From contig CAVVHE010000008.1 of the NCBI GenBank assembly GCA_963748015.1, forward strand, positions 512,001 through 576,000: 64,000 bases of DNA, given 5' to 3'. A program made the translations under genes and the position numbers. Below are positions 18,945 through 28,500 of this stretch, piece after piece (position 1 is the first letter of the stretch; each line of letters opens with the position of its first letter). This stretch comes from Terriglobia bacterium. Its GTDB lineage: Bacteria > Acidobacteriota > Polarisedimenticolia > Polarisedimenticolales > JAIQFR01. The notes beneath the pieces are model-generated. The model was not told where the DNA came from. It saw nothing but the letters and a program-made list of their open reading frames with translations, and did not search any database.

Positions 18945-20087
18945 ATGGGGAAGGATAGCCGATTCGTGGGCCTGGACGTACATGCGGACTCGATCGCGGT
19001 GGCGGTTGCGGAGCCTGGCGGCGAGGTTCGGTCGTTGGGGATCATTGGCAACAAGCCGGAGTCGGTGAGAAAGCTGATGAAGAGGTTGGGTTCGGCTAGG
19101 GGTCTCAAGGTCTGCTACGAGGCGGGGCCGACGGGATACGTCCTGTACTGGCAGTTGACCGAGATGGGGATTCACTGCGACGTGGTGGCGCCGACGTTGA
19201 TACCGGTGAAGCCCGGTGACCGGGTCAAGACGGATCGTCGCGACGCAACGAAGCTGGCGAAGAGCTACCGGGCCGGAGAGCTGACGCCGGTTTGGGTGCC
19301 GGATGCGGCGCACGAAGCTCTGCGGGATCTGGTGCGCGCTCGGGAGGCCGCGAAGGGGGATCAGCTTCGGGCGCGGCACCGACTTCAGAAGTTCTTGCTT
19401 CGGCATGGGCGCCGAGCTCCCGCGAAGGTGAAGCCGTGGACGGAGACCCATCTCGCGTGGGTGAGGCAGGCCGTTGGGTTCGAGGCCCCGGCTCAGCAGG
19501 CGGTGCTGACGGACTACTTGGCGGAAGTGGACCACGCACGGGAGCGAGTCAAGCGGCTCGAGGGGTCGATCGACGAAGCGATCGAAGCCGCGCCTGAGGG
19601 AATACGGGCCGTGATCGATGCCCTCCAAGCCCTTCGTGGCATCGCCAAGGTGAGCAGCGTCACGATCGTCGCCGAGGTCGGCCAGCTTTCCCGCTTCTCT
19701 CGCCCGCGGCAGCTGATGGGGTACAGCGGAGCGGTGTCCAGTGAAGACTCCTCCGGAGGGCGGACCCGGCGAGGTGCGATCACCAAGACGGGCAATGCCC
19801 ATCTGCGCCGGATCGTCGTGGAAGCGGCCTGGGCCTACCGGCACCGCCCTGCCGTCGGTGGGGCGCTCCGCGTGCGTCAAGAGGGGTTGAGCGAGGACGT
19901 GAAAGAGATCGCCTGGAAAGCCCAGCATCGCCTTCACCAACGCTACCGACGGTTGGCCGCCAAGGGGAAGGTCAAGCAGCAGGTGGTCACCGCGGTGGCC
20001 CGGGAGCTGTTGGGGTTCATTTGGGCCATCGGCGTGCACGTCGAGAGACAGATGCCGGCGGTGGGCCGCAAGCGCCAAGCTGCATGA
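18945..20087 (+). CDS. IS110 family transposase/recombinase
   Basis: GLDVH, CYEAG and KTDRRDA give the D-E-D-D tetrad; EDSSGG contains the C-terminal catalytic serine; ITKTGNAHLR, AVAREL. AAAGGAG RBS before ATG 18945. Confidence 0.97.
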   Translation: MGKDSRFVGLDVHADSIAVAVAEPGGEVRSLGIIGNKPESVRKLMKRLGSARGLKVCYEAGPTGYVLYWQLTEMGIHCDVVAPTLIPVKPGDRVKTDRRDATKLAKSYRAGELTPVWVPDAAHEALRDLVRAREAAKGDQLRARHRLQKFLLRHGRRAPAKVKPWTETHLAWVRQAVGFEAPAQQAVLTDYLAEVDHARERVKRLEGSIDEAIEAAPEGIRAVIDALQALRGIAKVSSVTIVAEVGQLSRFSRPRQLMGYSGAVSSEDSSGGRTRRGAITKTGNAHLRRIVVEAAWAYRHRPAVGGALRVRQEGLSEDVKEIAWKAQHRLHQRYRRLAAKGKVKQQVVTAVARELLGFIWAIGVHVERQMPAVGRKRQAA

Positions 20088-20127
20088 AAACGATCAGGTA
20101 GGGAAGGGATGAATCCGGGACGGAGCC

Positions 20128-20317
20128 GGCGGCGGTCGAGGGGCACACGGGAAGGAGGATCCTCGTGGCTCCTATGCGACAGGCCCTCGCTGGCCGGATC
20201 CGCGATGCTAGTCCGAGGCAGCTCCCGACGGATCACGATTATGACGGCGCGCCCTTGGGGGCCGATCCGCGAATATCAGAGTGATCAACCGTCGAGTCAG
20301 CCGCCTCGACCGCCGCC
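20128..20317 (+). ncRNA. Putative bridge RNA / seekRNA of the IS110 element
   Basis: Perfect 14-bp closing stem (20128-20141 / 20304-20317) enclosing two stem-internal-loop modules whose loops match the target site and the donor junction. Exact RNA ends are unknown. Confidence 0.8.
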
Positions 20318-20371
20318 TGTTCCGCCCCGGCGAGGAACCGAACGGAGGTGTCTCGGGTCGGAAGCTCGAGG

Positions 20372-20377
20372 TTGACA
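20372..20377 (+). promoter_or_regulatory. Outward-facing -35 hexamer of the IS circle-junction promoter
   Basis: TTGACA abuts the right inverted repeat; in the reconstructed circle it lies 17 bp from CACCAT at the left end. Confidence 0.65.
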
Positions 20378-20388
20378 GGTCGTTCCAT
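20378..20388 (-). repeat. Right sub-terminal inverted repeat of the IS
   Basis: GGTCGTTCCAT, followed by ATC and the AG core. Confidence 0.9.
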
Positions 20389-20391
20389 ATC

Positions 20392-20446
20392 AGGAGCCTG
20401 TCCGAGTAATCCCGCGGCCCACGGGATTACCCGAGCAGGCTCCTAG
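20392..20446. repeat. REP-like palindrome, copy 1 (IS110 target)
   Basis: AGGAGCCTGTCCGAGTAATCCCG-cggccca-CGGGATTACCCGAGCAGGCTCCTAG; nearly identical to 51395-51454. Confidence 0.9.
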
Positions 20447-22929
20447 GGCTGTCGGTGCGCGGCGTAGGCCTCGTGCCGGAGGGCGTCCGCCGTCCGGCCG
20501 AGCTTCGCGTAGGCCGCCGCCAGCTTCCGGTGGACGTCCGGCTGGTCCGGGTCGATCCGCAGGGCCTCGCGCCAGGCGGGGATGGCTCCCGCCTCGTCAC
20601 CGCGGACCAGGTGGATCTCGCCGCGCATCAGGCACGGGTCGAACGCGTCGGGATCTAGGGCGGCGGCGCGGTCCAGCTCGTCCAGCGCGTCGTCGAGGCG
20701 GGCGTCGATGGACAGCAGCCGCGCCAGCACGACGTGCCGCCGGGTGGTGTCCCGCGCGCCGTCCTCCAGCCGGAGCAGCGGCTCGACCTCTTCGCGGCGC
20801 GCCCCGCGATCGAGGAGCGTCTCCGCGAGGGCCAGCCGCGCCTCCTCGTCGCGGGGATCGAGAGCAAGGGCGGCCCGCAACTCCGCGACCCCGCGGTCCT
20901 CACGGTCCCACGCGATCCATGTGACGCCCGCCGCCGTGCGCGCGCGGGCGCTTCCCGTATCGATCCAGTACGTCGCGTACGAAACCGAGGCCCAGGCGCC
21001 GAGGATCGCCAGCACGCCCAGGCGCCGCCAGCGAGCGCGCCCCGCGAGGAGATCGATACCGGCGGCCCCGAGGACGCAGAGAGGGACCAGCGCCACGAGG
21101 CCGTAGAACGCCTTGACCGTCGCGTAGTAAGGAACCAGGAGCGTCATGGAGATCACGGCGGAGCCGGTCACGAACGCGAGGAGCAGGATCAGCCCCAGCG
21201 CCGCTTCCGGCTTGCGCACGAAGCGGAACAGCAGGGCCGCGGCACCGAGCAGGATCCCGATCGTCGGTAGGAGCGCGAGCAGCACCCCGGCGGCCATCGT
21301 CTCGTACGACCACGGCGGGCGGTACACGAGCGACTCGACGCCGCCGCAGAGCGTGTCGCCCCAGAGGGTCGCGTAGAGACCGTCCCAGATGCCGCCGTGA
21401 AGCCCCGCGTAGAGCGGCGCCCCGAGCGAGGGCCCGAAGCGAAGGTAGTCCCAGACGGTACGATAGCCGGGATCCTGCCACCACGGCGCTCCCGCCGCCC
21501 GATCCCAGTTCCCCACGATGGGGACCCCGTAGCGCGCCCACACCCTTGCGTAGTGCCAGCCGGAGACCGCGGCGGCCGACGCGAGCGAGAGCAGCGCGAG
21601 CGCCACGAGGCGTCCCGCCTTCTCCTCGCGGCGCTCGATCCGCCTCAGGAGCGGGGCCGCGGCGGCCACGGGAACGAGCAGGAGCGTGGAGAACTTGGCG
21701 AGCAGGGCGGCGCCGAGGCACGCTCCGAGGAGGACGGCGTCGAGCCATCGCGCGCGCTCGGCCCGGACGACGCGCAGCGCGAGATAGACGGTCGCCGTCG
21801 AGAGCGTGATCGCCAGCGCCTCGTTGGTCGGGTACTGGAAGACGTAGAGCAGCGCCGGGAGCGCCGAGGCGAGGACCAGCCCGATCGCCTGGCGCCGGGG
21901 CCGGCCGGGGAAGACGAGGCGCAAGCTCGCGGCGGCCAGGAGAATGTTCGCCGCGGCGAAGACGAGGTTGAGAAAGCGGAGGGCGACGAGCCCCGCGGGC
22001 TCGCCGGGCTGGAGCGACGCCGCCTTCAGCACCAGCGCCGCGAGCGCGTAGTACAGCGGCGGGTGGTACATCTGCCAGCCCTGCTCCGCGAGCGGCAGCG
22101 ATCCCTTGTCGAGAAGATGGCGGACGTAGTCGAGGTGCCCCTCCACGTCGAAGCCGATCGGGCACGGCCAGCCCGCGTTGTTGAGGAAGAGAACAACCCA
22201 GAGCGCGACGGCCGTGGGCGCCGCGACGCGGAGCACGGGGCCGGGGTCCAAGGCCGCCCCCTTGCTCCCTCCGAAGCGAAGGTCGAGCCCGAGCACCACC
22301 GCCGCCGCGATCGCGACCAGGACCAGCAGCCACGGCCAGACCGCGGCGAGCGAGCCGGCGAGGCTCCTAGCGATCCCGTCCGGATCGAAGCCCCGGCCCG
22401 CCGGCGGGTCCGAGGCGAGCGCCGCGGGCTTCCACGCGGCCCCGGCGCGCGACGCCTCCCACGTCGCGTCGCTGCGGATCGGTGGGCCGGACGCCTCGAG
22501 CGACAGCCAGAGCGCCGGCGGCCCGTCGTCGTTGAAGACGCGGACCGCGAGCTCGTTGGCACCTGCCCGGAGCAGCGGAGCCACGTCGAGTCTCTGCTCG
22601 TCCCTCCACCGCGAAGGATCGCTCGCCGCGGCGACGCGGCGACCGTTCACCTCGACCTCGAACCGGCGGAGAGCGCGGATCCGGAGCGGTGCGGCCGCCG
22701 GCGGCGACGCCAGGTCGAACGACCGCCGGAAGACCGTGTCGAACCCGCCCCCCTCGTGCGTCGAGGTGGACACCGGCGCCGCGTAGACGATCCAGGAAGC
22801 AGGAGAGCGCGCTGTCAGGAAGGAGATCCGGGGGCTGCGCGCGCACATCCACCCGAGCACGGCGGCCGCCACCAGCGTCGCCACCGCGACCGTCGCCAGC
22901 GCCGCACGGGAAGGCGTCATCGCGCGCAC
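20443..22929 (-). CDS. Multi-pass GT-C-type (ArnT/PMT-like) glycosyltransferase with N-terminal beta-sandwich and C-terminal TPRs
   Basis: Many transmembrane segments; GFD..GH..YV...LP...GWQMYHPPLYY; LGAALLAKF; C-terminal TPR-like helices (AL.LDP, AL.IDP). Confidence 0.7.
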   Translation of the reverse strand: MRAMTPSRAALATVAVATLVAAAVLGWMCARSPRISFLTARSPASWIVYAAPVSTSTHEGGGFDTVFRRSFDLASPPAAAPLRIRALRRFEVEVNGRRVAAASDPSRWRDEQRLDVAPLLRAGANELAVRVFNDDGPPALWLSLEASGPPIRSDATWEASRAGAAWKPAALASDPPAGRGFDPDGIARSLAGSLAAVWPWLLVLVAIAAAVVLGLDLRFGGSKGAALDPGPVLRVAAPTAVALWVVLFLNNAGWPCPIGFDVEGHLDYVRHLLDKGSLPLAEQGWQMYHPPLYYALAALVLKAASLQPGEPAGLVALRFLNLVFAAANILLAAASLRLVFPGRPRRQAIGLVLASALPALLYVFQYPTNEALAITLSTATVYLALRVVRAERARWLDAVLLGACLGAALLAKFSTLLLVPVAAAAPLLRRIERREEKAGRLVALALLSLASAAAVSGWHYARVWARYGVPIVGNWDRAAGAPWWQDPGYRTVWDYLRFGPSLGAPLYAGLHGGIWDGLYATLWGDTLCGGVESLVYRPPWSYETMAAGVLLALLPTIGILLGAAALLFRFVRKPEAALGLILLLAFVTGSAVISMTLLVPYYATVKAFYGLVALVPLCVLGAAGIDLLAGRARWRRLGVLAILGAWASVSYATYWIDTGSARARTAAGVTWIAWDREDRGVAELRAALALDPRDEEARLALAETLLDRGARREEVEPLLRLEDGARDTTRRHVVLARLLSIDARLDDALDELDRAAALDPDAFDPCLMRGEIHLVRGDEAGAIPAWREALRIDPDQPDVHRKLAAAYAKLGRTADALRHEAYAAHRQP

Positions 22930-22934
22930 GCCTC

Positions 22935-22963
22935 TTGGTACGTGGCGCGGGCGCGGGAGTCAA
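22935..22963 (-). promoter_or_regulatory. Putative promoter TTGACT-N17-TACCAA (possibly leaderless to GTG 22929)
   Basis: Same TTGAC(T/A)-N15-CGTAC architecture as 29870-29898, 34441-34469 and 42675-42703. Confidence 0.5.
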
Positions 22964-23086
22964 GAGAAAAACGGCCGGCGTGCGGCGGCAACAACTACGA
23001 AACGCCCGTTCCGTCGGTTTCCACCGCCGGCGAACGCCGTCGCTTGTTTCGGGGGAGGCGCCGGCGTATAAACGCCGCAATTAGCC

Positions 23087-25444
23087 GTGCGTCTGGCGGC
23101 GCGGGAGGTGGCCGTGCTCGAGCTCGGCGTCGTGCTTCGTTTCCTCGGCCTCGCAGCGATGGGGACCTGTTTTGCATCATCGGCATGGACGGCGAGCGAG
23201 CCCGTCCCGCCCTCGCAGGCGGTCGCCACTCTCCCGGCCATCCTCGAGGCGTACCGGGCGCTCGCGCCGGCCGCGGACGGGACCGCGGTCAAGGACCGGG
23301 CGGGCCGGATCGGCCATCTCGCGCTGCACCTGGATGAAGGGACCGTCTTCCCGCTGAAGGGATCGGGCGGCGACGTGCTTGGCTTCTACTTCGACGGAAA
23401 AGGCCACTACGCCTACAAGCCGGAAGGTGCGCTCGATCAGCAGGTCTTCGAAACCAACCTGCGTCGCTACGTCCCCTCCTTGCGCCCGGCCAATCACGAA
23501 GTCGGCGACCAGTTCGAGCATCTCCTCGTCTTCTTCGCCGCGCCGGCCTTTCCCGAGTTGTGGGAAGCAGGGGCCGACGCATCGAGGCCGCTCAATCCCC
23601 AAAGTCGCTCCGCCTTCGACAAGATCTGGAATCGAGTGGTCGAGGGCGACTACCTGGAGTTCGACCACCTGAGCGCCGAGGGCAGGCTGAATGGCGGCAA
23701 GCTCCAGTATGTCTACGCGGAGATCGAGGGAGAGAGGGAGACGCTGGGTTACACCTTCGACCGGATGAGGGGGTTCCACGAGACCCTCGCCGCGTTCGTC
23801 AAGTATCAGGGCGTCGACATGCGGTTCCCCCGTGTCCTGAGCCGACACGAGATCCCGCCGGAAGGCGACAGCTCCGTCGCGTGGAACCTCAAGAACGTGC
23901 GCCTCGACGTCGTGACCGAGGACAATCGGCGGGGCACCATCGACAGCGACCTGACGCTCGAGGCGGCTCGGAACGGCGTGCGCGTCGCCCCTCTGTCCCT
24001 GATCAACAGCGTCGATCCCTACTCGTACGACTGGGCCTCCGAGAAGAAGCGGCTGCGCGTCCTCAAGGTCAACGACGTGGCCGGGGCGGAGATCCCGTTC
24101 TCCCACCGCTACAACGAGCTGCTCGTGCAGCTTCCGAAGGAGATGGAAAAGGGCGAGCGGATCGTGGTGCACGTCGCGACGGAAGGCGAGATCTTCACCG
24201 ACCGGAGGGGGGAGAATATCGACAACTACTTCGACCTCTTCGGGTATTCCTGGTTCCCGGAGCCCCTCGGCTGGGGCGCGGGCCTCTACACGTTCACGCT
24301 CAAGCTCAGAACACGGAAACCGTACTACCCCGTGGTTTCGGGGAAGACGACCGCGTTCCGAGAGGACGAGAAGTACTTCGAACTCGAGTCCTCCAGCACC
24401 TTGCCGGTCAAGCAGGTCGCCGTCTTCGCGGGGAAGTACAAGACGCACGAGGAGACGGCCGACGGCGTGACGATCCGCGTTCACAGCTACGCGATGGCCA
24501 ACAAGTTCGTCGTGGAAGTGCTTCCGGGCCTCGCGCGGGAGCTCATCCGGTACTACCGCGACCACCTCGGCCCGTACCCGTTCGATAAGCTGGAGATCGT
24601 GGAGGTTCCCTCGTACGGGATCGGCATCGCGCCGTCCGGGATGATCCTGCTGCCGACCGAGGCCTACAAACCCCGTCAGAACTGGATCGCGGCGTACCTC
24701 TCGCGTGGGGCTCCGAGCATGATCGCCCACGAGATCGCGCACCAGTGGTTCGGCCACAAGGCCGCCACCGCGGCACCCGAGGAGAACTGGCTTTCGGAGT
24801 CGTTCGCCGAATACCTGGCGGGGCTCGCGATGGGCGCCGGCGAAACCGACGAACGCCGCGTCGCCGGCTTCAAGCGGATGTACGGCGAGTGGAAATTGTA
24901 CACGACGCGCGACTGCCCCGATCTGCCACTGGCCGCCGCGAACAACATGGGGGGCGAGGACGGAGCGAAGGACCGCTGGTGCCTCCTCTACAGCCGCGGC
25001 CCGCTGATCCTCCACATGCTTCGCGCGATGGTCGGCGAGGAGAAGTTCTTCTCGATCCTCCGCCTTTACCTCGAGAAGGCGAGCTACGGCCGGGCGACGA
25101 CCGAGGACCTGAAGAAGGCGGCTGCCGAGACGCTGAAGTTCAACCTCGACTGGTTCTTCGACGAGTGGTTCCGCGAGGGCGGGATCCCGAGCATCAAGGT
25201 GGAGCAGCTGGTCGTGCCGGGGACCGGAGGGAGGTACGTCCTGAGCGGCCGGGCGGAGCAGGCCGAGGGGCCGTCCTTCAAGAAGATGATCATCCCGCTA
25301 GTCCTCGACTACCCGGACGGCTCCCGCGAGGTGAAGATCGTCTTCCAGGAGAAGCCGGTTCAGGAGTTCCGCTTCGAGATCCGGGAGAGGCCCAAGAAGA
25401 TCGCCGTGGATCCCGCGAACAACAACCTCGCGGTGTACCGCTGA
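23087..25444 (+). CDS. M1 family (gluzincin) metallo-aminopeptidase, secreted; start uncertain
   Basis: AHEIAHQWFG...WLSESFAEY; LYSRGPLILHMLR; WFFDEW. Confidence 0.85.
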   Translation: MRLAAREVAVLELGVVLRFLGLAAMGTCFASSAWTASEPVPPSQAVATLPAILEAYRALAPAADGTAVKDRAGRIGHLALHLDEGTVFPLKGSGGDVLGFYFDGKGHYAYKPEGALDQQVFETNLRRYVPSLRPANHEVGDQFEHLLVFFAAPAFPELWEAGADASRPLNPQSRSAFDKIWNRVVEGDYLEFDHLSAEGRLNGGKLQYVYAEIEGERETLGYTFDRMRGFHETLAAFVKYQGVDMRFPRVLSRHEIPPEGDSSVAWNLKNVRLDVVTEDNRRGTIDSDLTLEAARNGVRVAPLSLINSVDPYSYDWASEKKRLRVLKVNDVAGAEIPFSHRYNELLVQLPKEMEKGERIVVHVATEGEIFTDRRGENIDNYFDLFGYSWFPEPLGWGAGLYTFTLKLRTRKPYYPVVSGKTTAFREDEKYFELESSSTLPVKQVAVFAGKYKTHEETADGVTIRVHSYAMANKFVVEVLPGLARELIRYYRDHLGPYPFDKLEIVEVPSYGIGIAPSGMILLPTEAYKPRQNWIAAYLSRGAPSMIAHEIAHQWFGHKAATAAPEENWLSESFAEYLAGLAMGAGETDERRVAGFKRMYGEWKLYTTRDCPDLPLAAANNMGGEDGAKDRWCLLYSRGPLILHMLRAMVGEEKFFSILRLYLEKASYGRATTEDLKKAAAETLKFNLDWFFDEWFREGGIPSIKVEQLVVPGTGGRYVLSGRAEQAEGPSFKKMIIPLVLDYPDGSREVKIVFQEKPVQEFRFEIRERPKKIAVDPANNNLAVYR

Positions 25445-25538
25445 GGGACGCATACGACCGCGGGACGCACTTTCGTCCGAAACGAGCGTCGCGCGTGCCC
25501 AGCCGGGAGTCTCTGACCCACGGTTCCGGATCAGTCCG

Positions 25539-28500
25539 TCACGAGCAATCTCCGCTGTTCGGCTTGACCACCCTCGCCCTGCCCGCGGATTCGGAGCCGT
25601 ACGAACTGTCCTCCCGGCCGTCGTTGTACTGCACGGCATAGAAGAAGACCTGGCCCGGAGCCGGGATCGTGGTGTCCTCGTAGCCCATGGTCGTTGTGGC
25701 CGCGGTGTCCCGCGCGATGCAGACCACTTGCCCGAGGTCGATGGTCGAGCCGTCGATCCTCAGGTTCGCGAGGTCGCCTCGGATCACGTCGTAGTTGCGG
25801 GCAACCTCGACAGGTCCCCAGATCAGCGTCGTGTCCCTGGAGCCTTCGACCACGAAGGTGAGCGGCTCGACCCCCTGGCTCATGTCGTGTGGAACCGCGA
25901 CTTGGGCCGAAGCGCTGACCGCGTTCCCCGAGTGGTCGGAGGTCTGGTAGGCGATCGTGTAGGTACGCCCGGGCCCGTTCCCGTCCCGCTCCGCGCGGAG
26001 GAGGACCTGGAAGTCGGGAGTGCCGATCGCAGCGCCCTGGATGTCGCCGGTCGTCTCGCCGTCGCCGCTGCCCGCGGCATCGTCGGGCTCGCTCGATACG
26101 ACGGAAGCGAGCACGATCGAGGGGGAGGGATCGCAGGCGTCGGTAGCGACCACGGTGGTGTTCACGACGGACATCTTGCGGTTCGGGGGCCAGAGTACGC
26201 CAGGGCTCGCCACAGCGGCGACGGCCGGCGGAATCGTGTCGCGGACGATTACCGTGGTCTGACAGCTCGCCTGGTTTCCCGTGCCGTCGGTGGCGGTGAA
26301 GGTGAGAATCGTGGTGCCAAGGGGGTAGGAGCCCGAGGCGTCAGGACCGTTGGGCGTCCCGCTGTTCGTGAGCGTCGCCGTGCCAGAGCACGAGTCCGAG
26401 GCGGTCGCGGGGGACAGAGCGATGTAGGCTTGCCCGGCGGACTGGCACTCCGCGATGATCGAAGCGGGGCAAGTGATCCATGGCGGCGTCGTGTCGATCA
26501 CCGTAACGATCGAGTCGTCCGAGGCCGTCGCCCCCGCGCGGTCGGTCACGGCGAGGGTGACGTCGTGGATCCCGAGCCGGAAGGGCACGGAAACGATCAT
26601 CCCGCTCGCAAGCGGGGAGCCGCCTTCGGTCCAGTCGAACCGCACGATGTCGTCGTTGGTGCCGGGAGAGGAGTCGGAATCGGTGCTGCCGGAGCCGTCG
26701 AGAGTGGCGGTCGAATGAAGGTCGCCCGCGCACTCGAGCGTCAGGTCGGGGCCGGCGCTGGCGACCGGGGAAGCGCAGCCACCGACCAGGTACCGGCCGC
26801 CGGTACCGAGACGCGAAACCGACTCGTAGCTCGAGTAGCCGCCCCAGACCACCATCTCGCGTCCCGTCCAAACCGCCGTGTGGTAGAAGCGTCCCGATGG
26901 GGCCCCCGCGAGCGACGTCGGCGTCCAAAGGTCCGTGGCCGGATCGTACCGGCTTCCGGTGTCGAGGGGGACGAGATCTGTGCCGTCGTCGCCGTAGCCG
27001 CCCCAAACCACCATCACACGACCCGTCCACACCACCGTTTCCCCGCCCCGCCCGGACGGCGCTCCCGCGGTCGACGTCGGTGTCCAAGTGTCGGTGGCCG
27101 GATCGTACCGCCCGCCGGTTTCGGGGTAGACGAGATTGGCGCTGTCGTCGAAGTAGCGGCCGCCCCAAACGACCATCACGCGTCCCGTCCAGGCCGTCAC
27201 GGGCCCTCCCCGGCCGGACGGTGCTCCCGCGGTCGACGTTGCCGTCCAGGTGTCCGTCGCCGCATCGTACAGCCCGCCGGTTTCATAGAAGAAGACGTTG
27301 CCCGCGTCGTCGAAGTCGCTGCCACCCCAGACCAACATCGCATGCCCCGTCCAGACCGACGCGTGGCTCCCCCGCCTGGACGGCGCCCCCAAGGTCGACG
27401 TCGGCGTCCAGGTATCCGTGATCGGATCGTACCGACCACCGTTATCGAAGCAGACGTCGAAGTTGCATCCGCCCCAGACCACCATCGCGCCTCCCGTCCA
27501 GATCGCCGTGTGGTCGTACCGCGCCGCAGGTGAGTTCACGGCAGAGGTTCCCGTCCACCTGTCGGTGGCCGGGTCGTATCGACCGCCGGTGCCGAGAAAG
27601 CCGCGATTCCAGCCGCCCCACACGACCATCACACGCCCCGTCCACACCGCCGTGTGCAGGTCACGCGCGGAAGGAGGGTCCGTGGTCGATGTCGCGCTCC
27701 ACGTGTCTCTGGCCGGATCGTAGCGTCCCCCGCTGTTCACGAAGGAACGGCCGACGTCGTACCCACCCCACACGATCATCTCCGAGCCCGTCCACACGGC
27801 GCTGTGGGAACTGCGACCCGTCGGAACGCCGTCACCCGTTGCTGTCGGCACCCAACTGTCCGTGAACGGGTTGTACCGGCCTCCGGTTGGGTAGCTGTCC
27901 ACCAGCGAGTTTCTCCCGCCCCAGACGATCATCTCCGAGCCGGTCCAGACGGCGGTGTGGGAATACCGCTGCGCCGGGACGTTCGTTCCTGTCGACGTCG
28001 GTAGCCATCTGTCCGTGGTCGGGTTGTAGCGTCCCCCGCTGTTGTAGTCGTACGCACCCCAGCCCCCCCAGACGATCATCTCCGAGCCGGTCCAGACGGC
28101 GCGGTGGGAAGCCCGCTGCGCCGGGACGTTCGTCCCCGTCGATGTCGCAGCCCAGTTATCCGTCAACGGGTTGTAACGACCGCCGGTGTTCAGAACGCCT
28201 TCCTGACGGCCCTCGATGTAACCCCAGCCTCCCCAGACGATCATCTCGGTGCCTGTCCACACCGCGGTGTGGCCGTAACGACCCATGCCCGTGCTCGTCC
28301 CCGTCGCCACCCAGCGGTCCGTCGAAGGGTAGTACCGCCCGCCGGTGTCGAAGTAGGTCAGGTTGCTCTGAGCGTCCCGGCCGGTACCTCCCCAGATGAT
28401 CATCTCGGTACCCGTCCAGACCGCGCTGTGGCCCGTACGTGCGGAAGGAACGTTGACCGCGGTCGACGTGACCGCCCAGCTGTCCGCTGACGGGCTGTAT

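Larger units (their letters stand above)
18844..20393 (+). mobile_element. Complete IS110-family insertion sequence, IS1111-type (~1.55 kb)
   Basis: DEDD recombinase gene; 11-bp sub-terminal inverted repeats; AG dinucleotide at both junctions (18844-18845 and 20392-20393); ~300-bp structured non-coding region 3' of the gene. Removing the element restores a palindrome. Confidence 0.92.

Noticed and set aside
18846..20078. 410-aa antisense ORF spanning the IS
   Set aside because: No recognisable motifs; it is the mirror frame of the recombinase gene.
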